A stretch of DNA of 64,000 nucleotides from an uncultured virus (IMG/VR IMGVR_UViG_3300021959_000014) (Duplodnaviria; Heunggongvirae; Uroviricota; Caudoviricetes), in IMG/VR virus record IMGVR_UViG_3300021959_000014, one strand, 5' to 3'. The notes under the pieces are model-generated. The model was not told where the DNA came from. It saw only the letters and a program-made list of their open reading frames with translations, and ran no database searches. The translations under genes and the position numbers were made by a program. Position 1 is the first letter of the stretch. Each line of letters opens with the position of its first letter. This document shows, in pieces, positions 1 to 10,334 of this stretch.

Positions 1-693
1 ATATGTTAATGTAGATTCTGCATTAACGCTTGATCCTCCGGTTGCAGTTATAATTCGATCGTTACTGTTATTAGATACTGCTAAAGTATCTCCAGTATTA
101 CCTTTATCTCCTTTGTCACCTTTATCTCCTTTGTCACCTTTATCGCCCTTAGAACCGTTTGTACCATCAGTGCCATTTGTACCAGGGTTTCCTTTATCTC
201 CTTTTGCTCCATTTGTTCCGTTTGTACCGTTTGTACCAGGGTTTCCTTTATCTCCTTTATCGCCCTTAGAACCATTTGTTCCGTCTGTACCAGGGTTACC
301 CTTGTCTCCTTTAGCACCTGCTGTTCCGTCTGCACCATTAGTACCAGGGTCTCCTTTATCACCTTTATCACCTTTTCCTCCTACACTTGCTGCTGCTGTT
401 GAATCTTTACCAAAAGCATCTACAATGTATGCATGTATTTCTTCTATTTCTTCTCTTAAGTCTTCTAATTGTTTAAGGTAGAATTTAGCTTGATTAAATA
501 AAGCAGGGTCATTAATTAATACTGAAGGATCTGATGCTTGTTCGATTGCTTCTTTAATCTCAGATGTCATAATTAATTCACCGGAAGTATTCATTTCCGC
601 TTTTCTGCTTTTCTTAGCCATCTCTGTTAATTCCGCAGAACTAGCTTGTTTCTTTAATCTCTTACTTCTAATATTGTCGTTTATTCTTGCCAT
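1..693 (-). CDS. Collagen-like (Gly-X-Y) structural/fiber protein, 3'-truncated by the window edge
   Basis: Not in the ORF track because it runs off the window. ATG at 693; translates MARINDNIRSKRLKKQ...VGGKGDKGDKGDPGTNGADGTAGAKGDKGNPG...GDTLAVSNNSNDRIITATGGSSVNAESTLTY with no stop through position 1; about 30 uninterrupted G-X-Y triplets. Confidence 0.85.
   Translation of the reverse strand, partial: MARINDNIRSKRLKKQASSAELTEMAKKSRKAEMNTSGELIMTSEIKEAIEQASDPSVLINDPALFNQAKFYLKQLEDLREEIEEIHAYIVDAFGKDSTAAASVGGKGDKGDKGDPGTNGADGTAGAKGDKGNPGTDGTNGSKGDKGDKGNPGTNGTNGTNGAKGDKGNPGTNGTDGTNGSKGDKGDKGDKGDKGDKGNTGDTLAVSNNSNDRIITATGGSSVNAESTLTY
90..380 (-). repeat. Coding 9-bp-period collagen repeats (GDK/GTN/GNP)
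   Basis: Repeated cctttatct/cctttgtca/ccgtttgta units on the + strand. Confidence 0.9.
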
Positions 694-713
694 ATCTTAT
701 TACCTTTTATTTT

Positions 714-3700
714 TTAAATATTCCATACAGCTACCATATTCCAATAGTGGTTACTGCTAGTTGCTGCCTCAATCCCAAATGCTATTGCGTTTTGATTACC
801 AGCTGTTCCATTCATATTAATTTGCTTATTAAACTGTATCCACGTTTGTCGGTTTGCAGTAACTGTGAAAGTTTGCGTGTCTAATAGTGATGGTAATGCA
901 ACTACGTCTGCATCATATAACCTTAATTTATTATTACCAAGTAAGGTGGATTGAGTGGTAATACCTACCCCTACCAATGTTGCGCCTTTAGGTATTAAGA
1001 AACGTGATGTATAATTTAATGAGCTACCAAGAAAAGAAGCATAATTTGGTATATACCTTAATGATGTTGTGTTTGAAAAGAAAGCATATTGATGCTGTGT
1101 CACCATTGATGGCATTCTAGTTCTAACATTACCTCCTGCTGCTGATAAAGGTTCGTTAGATTGCCATGATGAATTATTATAGTAAGTTACTGCTGCATTA
1201 TCAGTACTATTAAAGAAGTTGTCGTAAACTATTGTATCTTCAAATAATGCTGCTACTCCGTATTGTTGTTTCTTTTGTACCCACAGCTGTATATCTGTAT
1301 TCGAGTTTACTACTAATTTTAAACTATCTGCTTGATATGCTGATCCAGCACCGGTTCCTGATCTTGCTTCAAAACTATCTGCTCCACTTGCCATTTCAAG
1401 TATTCTAATATCAGCTACTTGAGGTGTAGTACCTGAACTATTAGATCTTAGTTCAACTGCAAATCTCATATACCCTGCTTGAGATATCTCTTCCATCATC
1501 AGTGTGTATGTAGCTCTTATTTCATTAGCAGCACTTGTTATTGAAAACTTCGCTAATTTTGTCCAGTAGTTTTGTTGTCCTGCAACTGCTGAATGATTTG
1601 AAGTAGCATCTGGTGTTCTTCTGATGCGACCGCTTATTCTACCGTTTACAGATAATTTTGATGTTTCCCCTGTACTTACATGAGCTGTATCTCCGTTAAC
1701 AATAACATTTCCTGAAGTTAATGTTAGGCTTGGTGTCCCTGCGCTGAGGTTTGAACCTGCCATTTTAAACTTACCATCAGTTCCATCAATACCCATTGCA
1801 AATGTACCTGTTCCTTTTTGGAACGCTAATCTAGCATCTCCTGCTCCTTGTTGATTTATAATAATACCGCTGTTGATTGTGGAATCGTTTTGTTTAATGT
1901 ATAGTTTACCATCAACACCGTTATCTACTCCAACAGTAATTTGTTCATCTGCATACAATCTTGCTGTATCTAGATCTCCTCCGACTTCTAAGTCATTATT
2001 AAAGACAGAATTTTGAACTACGTCTATATATCCATTAATATCTACGTTACTTTTGAAATTTGCGCTTCCGGTAACTAACAGAGTTGAAGTTATATTTGCA
2101 TTTCCTGAAACATGGAAGTTGTGATTTATTGCACCAATAGTTCCTACTGCGAAATCACCATCGGTTTTAACTTGTCCAGTTGCGTCGTTTACATGTAATC
2201 CCGATCCGCCAGGACCTCCTGCTAGTAGGTGTATTTCATCACCTTGGGTGTATATATCAGACTCTGCAGCTGTCTCTAAGCGAATTGCTCCGCTAACATT
2301 TAAAGCACCTGTTGCAAGATCATTAGTTGTTGTAGATCCATTATCAGTTACACTGTCTAATGTTGCTCCGGAAGGACCGATTCCTCCTATTTGGTTTAGT
2401 AATTGAGATCCAGAAACATATTTAACAACTGCTCCGTCCAGTACTAAGAATTTATCTGTATCTGTGGTAGTACCTGCTACACTACCTATATTTAACTTCC
2501 CGTCTAGTATAAGTCTATTATTAATAAATCTTACTTCTCCTGAGGAGTGTCCAGATTCAATGATCATTTGATGCTGACCTGTTGTATTTGAAGTGTAAAA
2601 AGTTAAAGATCCGGTTACTCCTGCTGATGCGCCTCCTCCTACAATTAATATAGGTTGTGTATGGTCTGTATGGTCTAGTAATAACGCTCTCTCATGTATT
2701 TGAACTGTGCTTGCAAATGTTGTATTAGGAGAGCTTGTACCAAAGAGTGTGTAAGAACCTGTAACTACAAGCGTGTTAGCTCCAAATGAACCCATTGTAA
2801 CCTTATCAGAAGAATCTACTTCTAAGATTGGAATACCAGCTACGTCACTAACAGAGAATAATGTACCTTCTAAAGAATCTGTTATTGAGAATAACTGACC
2901 TTGGGATCCCTGTACGTCAAATAGTACACTTCCTGATCCTTCTATAGTAACTAGATCTGTTGTACCAGAAACATGCAATTTAGATGCTGGGGTATCTGTT
3001 CCTATCCCCACATTACCAACAAAGGTAGATTTACCTGTTGCTACTGTTAACTCAGTAACTGCTGAAGGCTGTAGGTATATCGGTTTGTTTTCTCCGGTAT
3101 TATAATCAGACTGTATTATTAAAGCATCTGCTGCGCTTAGGTATGCTGCTGCTGCGTCATTTATAAATCTTATTTGGTCACCATTGACAACAATGTCACT
3201 TGCAAATGCAGCTGTTCCTGCATTTGACATATCTAACGATAAAGCCGTAAAAAATGTACCGCCGTCATTACCTCTAAATATCATATCCTTGTTACTAACT
3301 GAGGAGATAAATGTAAGGTTCTGTGAAGTCATATTAACTTTACCAATAAGCGTACCGTTATCAGTAAGTTGTATAGAATCTCCTGCTGCATCTAAAATTA
3401 TATCTCCTGCAGAGTCGATAGTAAAGTTACCCGTTGAGTTATTTATTTCACCATTTGCTCCGTTATGGAATATTTGCATATCATTGTCATCTCCTAACTG
3501 AAGTTGAGCTGAATCGTTGTCTAGGTGTATATTTCCTGTTGTAGTAATAGAAGGTACCGATAGTAACCCTGCAGAAGAATATGTCATTCTATTAGTAGCA
3601 CTACCTGCAGGTCTCCATTCTAGATTACCACCATTGTAGGATGCGATATCCCATGATACCGTACTGTCGTCTCTAAGTCTTAAATATGCCCAATTACTTC

Positions 3701-6700
3701 CTCCATTTTCTATTTCTATTCTAGCAGATGCTGATGAATCAACTTTAAAACCTAATCCATTTGTAGATTTAATAGTTTGATTTGTACTAGAACCTCTATC
3801 GGCAACAGTATCTAAAGTATCTGCTTCTGCAGTTAGAACTGTACCATCCGAAATAGCAGTATTTAATTGTGCTGTTGTAAATGATCCTAGCGATGTTGCA
3901 TTTCCTACTGATGTAATATGTCCAGTTAAATTAGCATTTGTAGTTACTGTATCTGCTATTAATGCATGTGATGCTGAAGTAGCTGAAGTAGCTGAAGTAG
4001 CAGAAGTAGCAGTAGTAGCACTATTTGCTGTTAATGCATGTGATGCTGAAGTAGCAGAAGTAGCAGTATTAGCAGTATCAGCAGCAGTAGCTGATGCAGC
4101 AGTAGTAGCTGTATCTGCTGTTAATGCATGTGATGCTGAAGTAGCATTATCTGCAGTTCCTGTTGTATCTTGATTCCAAGTTGGAACTGTTCCTGATATT
4201 TCACTATAGACTGGTTTATGTCCTTCGTGGAAGATCTTATAGTCTGTTTCACTAGCACCAACTCTTACCCTGAATCCTTCTGCGTGTGGAGCGTTAAGTA
4301 TTACGTGATCTGTACTGTCGTTTGAAACACCTACTATTAATTCAGCATTTTCTCCAGATGTCCCTGTACCGTAGGCATGGTATTGTATAAATCCAAAATC
4401 AGTACTATGGTTAATGTTAGTACCATCTTTTTCTGATTCGAAGAATATACCGCTTATCCCTACAGAGTTTCCTTTTAATACAATGTTATCTGATCCTGTA
4501 TGGTAGTTAGATGAGGCAACATAAGTTCCTCTAGATAAACTTCCATTAAGTGTTAATCCCCCTCCTGTAATGTTTCCTGAAGTGGTCAGATTACCGATTA
4601 TGTCTAAGCTTTTATTAAAGTCCCAGGTATTATTAGTTTCATCCCATAGTATACTAGCACTTGAACCAGATACAAATATACCTGAACCTCCTGAGTTTGC
4701 TTCTGTTTGTCCTGCTCCAAGGATAATAAGTTTATCAACTACATTTAAATTATTTACGTTATAAGTGTCTACTGTTCCTGTAATTACAAGGTTACCGGTT
4801 ACTGTTAAGTCGTCAAATGTTGGAGAAGTATTCGGCTGTACTGCTGTTCCTGCTAAACTTCCTGAAGCTAGTGTTGCATACCTGCCATCTCCAAATGTTT
4901 TAGTAACTAGTGTTTGCCATGGTCCCCAACTCGTACCTCTATACCTATATGCTAACCCCTCTCCATTATTAGCACTACTGTTAGAAGTCATCTGCCATCC
5001 GTAATTACCACTACCTTCTGTAAGTGTTAGTCCTGTAGTATGGGAAGTGCCGAAAGGTCCGTTTGTGGTTCCTTGAAATCTATAAAGACCTCTAGTTGTA
5101 ATGGTATCATAATCAGCTGTTGATACTGCAAAATTAGAAAAAGCATTTGAGTTTAACCACAATGTACTTGCTGTTGCTCCAGTTCCTCCTTCAGCAACTG
5201 CTAAAGCAGTTCCCAATGTCAGCGTTCCAGATATATCGGCATCACCGTTTATGTCTAAAGCACCAGCCGTTAAAGAGTTGCTACCAGCCGTAACGTTACC
5301 TCCAAAAGTAACAGTTTTATCAGCTGCCCATCTCATAGTAGTGTCGTTGTAAGCGGTACCTATATACCCATAGCTAAATGTATTATTACTTCCGTAAGCT
5401 CCTATCGCATATAAAGATGTGTTATCGTGTTCTTTAAAATTCATCAATGCTCTTGCCCAACCACCACTTGAGTAGTCAGGTTTTTTAACAACAACATTAT
5501 CACCGTCTAGTATAGTAGTTGCAAAACCACCAGGTATTGTAAGTGTTCCTGATAAATTACCATTACCGTTAATGTCTAAACTTGTACCTTCTAATTCCGT
5601 ACCGCTTATCTTACCGGTCGATGTTATAGCTCCTCCATCTATGGTTCCTTCAAAAATTGCATTACCACTTTGATTAACACTAGCAACTACGTTAGCAGAA
5701 TTATAACTACCTGTATTAGAAAGTATTTCAAATTTACGGGTGTTGTCGTCATTATTTGCATCAATAAATAATCTTATACCTTGATTTGATTTAAGATCAA
5801 ATTGAGCGCCAGCATTATTTTGTATTATAAAATCACCAGTGCTACCGAAAATATTACCCCCTGATGATAATGTCAAATTGCCTCCTATATCAGCATTACC
5901 GTTTATATCTAAGCTAGTACCTTCTAATTCTGTACCGCTTATCTTACCGGAAAAAGTTGCATCCCCGGTAGATTCAGCTATTGTAAGTCTAATATCATCT
6001 CCAGCATCTCCACCTACAGTTTCTTTTATTAAAAACCCTACGCCCTCGTCTACAATAAGGTCAAACGCTAAATTATTACTGTCTGAGTCTTCTAACCTGA
6101 TACCTGCTTGACCAGCGTTTTTAATCTGTAATTGTACAGCAGCGTTAACAGCATTACTTAGGGTGCTATCGCCAATCATCATCTTTCCGTCTATTCTGGC
6201 TTGTCCGTGAACCTCTAGCTTATTCGCAGAATTAACTGATGTTGTATTAACCCCGAGTGTTGAGTTAACCATTAACTCTCCTCCATTTAAGGTTAATTTA
6301 TTACTACTATGTACAAATTTAACATCGCCTGCAGCAAAATCAAGCTCACCACCAGAAGGAAGACCTATGTTGTGGCTAAATAAAGCAGAACCACCGTCTG
6401 ACATATCAAGAGTAAGCGCGTTTACAGATGTTCCATCATCATTTCCATAAAACTTTATATCACCATCTGTAACATTAGAAGTTATTAAAAAATGATTTCC
6501 ACTTTTTGTAAACGTACCGAAATTTGTTCCTGCTGCTTTTAATCTAATATCGTTACCAGCCGCGTCAAAAGCTATATCGCCTCCAGCATCTAATATTATA
6601 TCGTCTGGAGCTGCAATGGTCATAATTCCAGCACTACTTTCTGTAAATGTTACCGCGTTGCTACCGTCACCAGATATGGATAAAGCACCGCCCAATACAT

Positions 6701-7409
6701 TAACATCACCATCGGAGTTTATTACCATTCTATTACTTCCACTTGTCATGAAAGTTATACTTCTTGTTGCTCCTGCAAATGATATTGAGGAATAGGTATT
6801 ATTTACTTTATCCTCTATACTAGTTATCCTAGCAGCGTTTGTGTATACAACTCCATTTAGTAAGTCTACGCCTCCTGCTCTTGTGTAACCTCCTACATTT
6901 AATAAGTAAGAACCTTGCGTAGCTCCTATATTTAATTTTTCAAATGAACCAGTTCCTGATGAAGCTATATTACCGGTTACATCTAATAGTGTTCCGTTAA
7001 AAGTAAGATTTGCTTCAGCATCTAATTCTGTTGTGGTAGACCCAACGGTTACTAATTCATTAGCAGTCGCATTATTAATTGCAGTAACTGCTCCTGATGA
7101 AAGACCTGTCAATCCTGATGCATCTCCTACAAAAGAACCAGAAAATGAACCAGAAAGAATTCCGTTAGATATGGTAGCTGTACTACCGGATATTATTATA
7201 GCTTCTGCTCCATGAGTACCCATTTTAATAGTGTCATCAGAAAAGACTTCAAAGATAGGAATACCGGATATATCTGATATACCGAATAACGATCCTGAAA
7301 GAGAGTCTGTTACAGAAAATAATTGTCCATGAGAACCACGGACATCTAATACTACTGAGCCTGATCCATCAACGATCAGTCCTTTTTTTACTTTAAATTC
7401 GTTTGCCAT
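714..7409 (-). CDS. Long tail fiber / adhesin-like structural protein (2231 aa)
   Basis: G/S/T/N-rich beta-repeat sequence, GNVGIGTDTP motif, ATSASHAL repeats, internally duplicated modules; lies in the fiber cluster. Confidence 0.8.
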   Translation of the reverse strand: MANEFKVKKGLIVDGSGSVVLDVRGSHGQLFSVTDSLSGSLFGISDISGIPIFEVFSDDTIKMGTHGAEAIIISGSTATISNGILSGSFSGSFVGDASGLTGLSSGAVTAINNATANELVTVGSTTTELDAEANLTFNGTLLDVTGNIASSGTGSFEKLNIGATQGSYLLNVGGYTRAGGVDLLNGVVYTNAARITSIEDKVNNTYSSISFAGATRSITFMTSGSNRMVINSDGDVNVLGGALSISGDGSNAVTFTESSAGIMTIAAPDDIILDAGGDIAFDAAGNDIRLKAAGTNFGTFTKSGNHFLITSNVTDGDIKFYGNDDGTSVNALTLDMSDGGSALFSHNIGLPSGGELDFAAGDVKFVHSSNKLTLNGGELMVNSTLGVNTTSVNSANKLEVHGQARIDGKMMIGDSTLSNAVNAAVQLQIKNAGQAGIRLEDSDSNNLAFDLIVDEGVGFLIKETVGGDAGDDIRLTIAESTGDATFSGKISGTELEGTSLDINGNADIGGNLTLSSGGNIFGSTGDFIIQNNAGAQFDLKSNQGIRLFIDANNDDNTRKFEILSNTGSYNSANVVASVNQSGNAIFEGTIDGGAITSTGKISGTELEGTSLDINGNGNLSGTLTIPGGFATTILDGDNVVVKKPDYSSGGWARALMNFKEHDNTSLYAIGAYGSNNTFSYGYIGTAYNDTTMRWAADKTVTFGGNVTAGSNSLTAGALDINGDADISGTLTLGTALAVAEGGTGATASTLWLNSNAFSNFAVSTADYDTITTRGLYRFQGTTNGPFGTSHTTGLTLTEGSGNYGWQMTSNSSANNGEGLAYRYRGTSWGPWQTLVTKTFGDGRYATLASGSLAGTAVQPNTSPTFDDLTVTGNLVITGTVDTYNVNNLNVVDKLIILGAGQTEANSGGSGIFVSGSSASILWDETNNTWDFNKSLDIIGNLTTSGNITGGGLTLNGSLSRGTYVASSNYHTGSDNIVLKGNSVGISGIFFESEKDGTNINHSTDFGFIQYHAYGTGTSGENAELIVGVSNDSTDHVILNAPHAEGFRVRVGASETDYKIFHEGHKPVYSEISGTVPTWNQDTTGTADNATSASHALTADTATTAASATAADTANTATSATSASHALTANSATTATSATSATSATSASHALIADTVTTNANLTGHITSVGNATSLGSFTTAQLNTAISDGTVLTAEADTLDTVADRGSSTNQTIKSTNGLGFKVDSSASARIEIENGGSNWAYLRLRDDSTVSWDIASYNGGNLEWRPAGSATNRMTYSSAGLLSVPSITTTGNIHLDNDSAQLQLGDDNDMQIFHNGANGEINNSTGNFTIDSAGDIILDAAGDSIQLTDNGTLIGKVNMTSQNLTFISSVSNKDMIFRGNDGGTFFTALSLDMSNAGTAAFASDIVVNGDQIRFINDAAAAYLSAADALIIQSDYNTGENKPIYLQPSAVTELTVATGKSTFVGNVGIGTDTPASKLHVSGTTDLVTIEGSGSVLFDVQGSQGQLFSITDSLEGTLFSVSDVAGIPILEVDSSDKVTMGSFGANTLVVTGSYTLFGTSSPNTTFASTVQIHERALLLDHTDHTQPILIVGGGASAGVTGSLTFYTSNTTGQHQMIIESGHSSGEVRFINNRLILDGKLNIGSVAGTTTDTDKFLVLDGAVVKYVSGSQLLNQIGGIGPSGATLDSVTDNGSTTTNDLATGALNVSGAIRLETAAESDIYTQGDEIHLLAGGPGGSGLHVNDATGQVKTDGDFAVGTIGAINHNFHVSGNANITSTLLVTGSANFKSNVDINGYIDVVQNSVFNNDLEVGGDLDTARLYADEQITVGVDNGVDGKLYIKQNDSTINSGIIINQQGAGDARLAFQKGTGTFAMGIDGTDGKFKMAGSNLSAGTPSLTLTSGNVIVNGDTAHVSTGETSKLSVNGRISGRIRRTPDATSNHSAVAGQQNYWTKLAKFSITSAANEIRATYTLMMEEISQAGYMRFAVELRSNSSGTTPQVADIRILEMASGADSFEARSGTGAGSAYQADSLKLVVNSNTDIQLWVQKKQQYGVAALFEDTIVYDNFFNSTDNAAVTYYNNSSWQSNEPLSAAGGNVRTRMPSMVTQHQYAFFSNTTSLRYIPNYASFLGSSLNYTSRFLIPKGATLVGVGITTQSTLLGNNKLRLYDADVVALPSLLDTQTFTVTANRQTWIQFNKQINMNGTAGNQNAIAFGIEAATSSNHYWNMVAVWNI
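3950..4160 (-). repeat. Coding tandem repeat (ATS)n / ATSASHAL x3
   Basis: aatgcatgtgatgctgaagtagc at about 3961, 4033 and 4123, separated by gctgaagta/gcagtagta 9-mers. Confidence 0.85.
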
Positions 7410-7417
7410 AATAATAT

Positions 7418-7439
7418 CCTTTTTTCATTTTCCAAAAGG
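7418..7439 (-). promoter_or_regulatory. 5' leader hairpin CCUUUU-GGAAAAUGAA-AAAAGG upstream of the fiber gene
   Basis: Perfect 6-bp stem with a 10-nt purine-rich loop, 8 nt upstream of the ATG at 7409. Confidence 0.45.
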
Positions 7440-7445
7440 TCTATA

Positions 7446-7453
7446 ATAAATAG
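7446..7453 (-). promoter_or_regulatory. Putative late promoter (C/A)TATTTAT
   Basis: Motif recurs in 12 intergenic gaps upstream of minus-strand genes. Confidence 0.6.
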
Positions 7454-7465
7454 TTACATTAATAC

Positions 7466-8608
7466 TTACAATTCAAATCTATGTCGTAAACTATTAAAAC
7501 TATTTAATACTTCTTCTGCAGTTAATACTTTGTTATAAATCTTAGCTATGGGTAACTCTCCATTAAGCGGTCTATTTGTTCCTCCATCTCCTCCTATTTT
7601 TAATGTAGCACTGTTTGTGTTACAGGGCAATGTTGTACTCCAGCTATTTGTTGCTACTAAACTTCCATTAACATATATCCTACCGTTTTGTCCGTCGTAT
7701 GATGTAATTATATGAGTCCATTTATCTGATGGAAACGCACTCCCTACATTTACCTGCCTCAGACCATCTGATGTTGATATATTTTGTGCGATAGAAAATG
7801 GTGATGACACACTAAGGTGTACTAAGTAAACACTTTTATCTAGTAATCTCGGGTAAGGGTTACTTTGAGATGAATCTGCTTTTACTATAAATTCAAAAGA
7901 TAGGTTTGATGTTAAATCTAAATCGTTTGAATCAGCTATTTCTATAGAATCGTTTGTTCCATCAAAAGCTATTTGTGCATTACTGTTAAAACTTACATTA
8001 CTTACGTTTATATCTTTTGATCTTTTTAAATCTATCAACGATCCAGATACTGATCTTATATCATCTGTGAATGGTGAAGGTACCCCTAATTCTACTTGTG
8101 CATTAAATAACGTAATAGATGAACTTACTGGTACTGATATATCTAGAAACCGATATGTAGAGTTATACTCAGATCTAGAACCTGACATAAACACCCTATT
8201 AGAAGAACCAAAGTTTGCTACTGAAAATGCTGTGTTGTTTACATCACACCAATCTAAAATAACGGCAGTTCCTACTCCAGGGTTAAAGTTTTCATAATTA
8301 ACACTACATCCGTAAATTGCATTATCAGTTAGATCATTAACGTTTGTGTATAGTCTAATGGTTGATCCACCTGTTCCGTCATTAACGAATTTAAATTTAC
8401 CGCCTCCAAGATCAGTCTTTGTTGTATTGTTGTATATATCTGTACGGACATCTAAAGATTGTGCTCCTGTTTGTGTAAGTAAATTTGTTGTTGGTTTACC
8501 TTTATTAAATTTAAAGACATCTCTAGAAGTACCCACTAACGGGTAGCCGGTATCATATCCAACTACTAACCCTTCTTCAATTATATTTGGTCCTAAATGA
8601 GAAGCCAT
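7466..8608 (-). CDS. LamG/concanavalin A-like lectin domain protein (paralog 6 of tandem array)
   Basis: GYDTGYP N-terminal anchor; FDGTNDSI; W-T-H-I..SYDG..GRIYVNG; C-terminal IYNKVLTAEEV..F..LRHRF. Confidence 0.8.
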   Translation of the reverse strand: MASHLGPNIIEEGLVVGYDTGYPLVGTSRDVFKFNKGKPTTNLLTQTGAQSLDVRTDIYNNTTKTDLGGGKFKFVNDGTGGSTIRLYTNVNDLTDNAIYGCSVNYENFNPGVGTAVILDWCDVNNTAFSVANFGSSNRVFMSGSRSEYNSTYRFLDISVPVSSSITLFNAQVELGVPSPFTDDIRSVSGSLIDLKRSKDINVSNVSFNSNAQIAFDGTNDSIEIADSNDLDLTSNLSFEFIVKADSSQSNPYPRLLDKSVYLVHLSVSSPFSIAQNISTSDGLRQVNVGSAFPSDKWTHIITSYDGQNGRIYVNGSLVATNSWSTTLPCNTNSATLKIGGDGGTNRPLNGELPIAKIYNKVLTAEEVLNSFNSLRHRFEL

Positions 8609-8617
8609 ATACTAAGT

Positions 8618-8962
8618 TTATGATGGTGAATCTAATACATCTTGATCAGTCCATTCATCTGTTGCTAGTAAAGCTAGTATTTCACTATGTGTATATTCAG
8701 AGTAACTATCTAAATAAAAAGACGGTCTACCATATACACCTGCTTCGTGTAAAATTGAAATTTCTTCTCCTGTTTCAGCATCCATACCTATTGTTGAGTA
8801 TGATGCGGTTATTTCATTAACTTCGTACTTTACGAAGGTTTTTGTGTTATCTATAGAGTATCTTAGACCTTCCGCTGAATGTTCTAAAACCTGATTAAAA
8901 TCTATAGTTTCTACGTCTGTTGCTGGTACTACTAACCAGCGTCTGTTTGGAAATCTACTCAT
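8618..8962 (-). CDS. Small acidic phage protein within the LamG array (possible fiber assembly factor)
   Basis: 114-aa ORF with ATG and its own upstream TATTTAT motif; function inferred only from context. Confidence 0.65.
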   Translation of the reverse strand: MSRFPNRRWLVVPATDVETIDFNQVLEHSAEGLRYSIDNTKTFVKYEVNEITASYSTIGMDAETGEEISILHEAGVYGRPSFYLDSYSEYTHSEILALLATDEWTDQDVLDSPS

Positions 8963-8980
8963 TGTTATTATGTTTTAATT

Positions 8981-8988
8981 ATAAATAT
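8981..8988 (-). promoter_or_regulatory. Putative late promoter ATATTTAT
   Basis: About 19 nt upstream of ATG 8962. Confidence 0.55.
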
Positions 8989-10334
8989 CAAATATTAAAT
9001 CTTTTTTTAATTCCTTTAAAGTTTTGTTTTATTTCTGTTTCTGTTAATCTATTACTATAAAATTTAACTATCGGAATAACTCCATCAAAGTATTCCTTTC
9101 CTCCTGATTTAGAGTTAAACCCTATATTGTATTGTTGCATACCTGATGAATAGTTTAGAGTAGAAGCAGAACCCCAAGATCCTACTTGTTCTCCGTTTAC
9201 ATAAAGGCTAGGGTATAATGTTGATTCATCCCATACTGCTACTACATGGTAATAAGATGTTGTTGTAAGTGTTGTTGTTCCTTGTAGAAATTGATAGTTA
9301 GAATTATCATACCATACAAACTGTACTTTATTACTACTTTGTCGAATACCTCCATTACAGTAGTGAGAGCAACCATCGCCTGATTTATGTCCGAATATAC
9401 AATGCACTCCAGTAAGTGTATCTGTTTTAAATACTACTTCCCAAGTCCTTGGCTTGTCTGTATTATCAATATTTAATGATGCAGGCCAGCTCTCTTTCAT
9501 CTTATCATCAGTACCATCAAATTCCATCTGTGCATTTGAATTAAATGTTACATCTTCTACGTTTATCTTCCACTTTAATAACTGGTCAGCACTACTAACC
9601 ATTGTTGGGAATCCTGTTCCAGAAAAAGCAGGGTATGTATATGGCTGTACAATGTTTTTTAGTGAAGTCGGTAGAAATTGACCTGAGTTACTACCTTGAC
9701 TTCCTGTATATGCTACTCTAGATCCATGTCCATTAGGTGGATATGCAAAAGCTAAGCCTGCAAAGGGTGTGTGGTGGGTATTTTTTTCCACCTGTAGTCT
9801 CCTAATATAAATTGTATCTGTAAGACCTCCGTTGTCTGTGCCTCGCAATCCTATGCATATTCTAGTTCCATTTGTACTATTAACACCGGTAAACGATCCT
9901 GTGTAGGTTTTCCATTCTGTAAGAGATGGTGATGTAAAATTACCTAAACTTACGTTGTAATTACCTAACGAAGTTCCGTTAAGTACGAATCCCCATATTC
10001 CTGAGGTTTGTTGTGATTTAAGTTTATATTCAAATGATACGTACATATTTTCCGATATTACACCGTTTCCTAATTCGTAATATATGCTATGCCATCCATT
10101 TGTTGCTGTTAACTCGATTGCATTTTCTGCTTGACTCCATTCTACATCTCCAGGCCATCCATGTTCTGTCCAATCTGATACTGAACCGAATGGGTTATTA
10201 TTATCTGAAACATAGTTATAAGTTGGTTCCCCAGCATTAAATCTGTAACTATCTAAGTTTGATTCAACTACTGGATATCCTGTGTCGTATCCCCAGCTAA
10301 CTTTGCTTGCGTTTGTGTTTGGACCTATAAACAT
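8988..10334 (-). CDS. LamG/ConA-like lectin domain protein (paralog 5)
   Basis: GYDTGYP..FNAGEPT anchor; FDGTDD; YYHVVAVWD..LYVNG; LTETEIKQNF..KKRFNI. Confidence 0.8.
   Translation of the reverse strand: MFIGPNTNASKVSWGYDTGYPVVESNLDSYRFNAGEPTYNYVSDNNNPFGSVSDWTEHGWPGDVEWSQAENAIELTATNGWHSIYYELGNGVISENMYVSFEYKLKSQQTSGIWGFVLNGTSLGNYNVSLGNFTSPSLTEWKTYTGSFTGVNSTNGTRICIGLRGTDNGGLTDTIYIRRLQVEKNTHHTPFAGLAFAYPPNGHGSRVAYTGSQGSNSGQFLPTSLKNIVQPYTYPAFSGTGFPTMVSSADQLLKWKINVEDVTFNSNAQMEFDGTDDKMKESWPASLNIDNTDKPRTWEVVFKTDTLTGVHCIFGHKSGDGCSHYCNGGIRQSSNKVQFVWYDNSNYQFLQGTTTLTTTSYYHVVAVWDESTLYPSLYVNGEQVGSWGSASTLNYSSGMQQYNIGFNSKSGGKEYFDGVIPIVKFYSNRLTETEIKQNFKGIKKRFNI

Noticed and set aside
81..481. ORFs 81..371 (-) and 113..481 (+)
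   Set aside because: Alternate-frame and antisense shadows of the collagen repeat in 1..693
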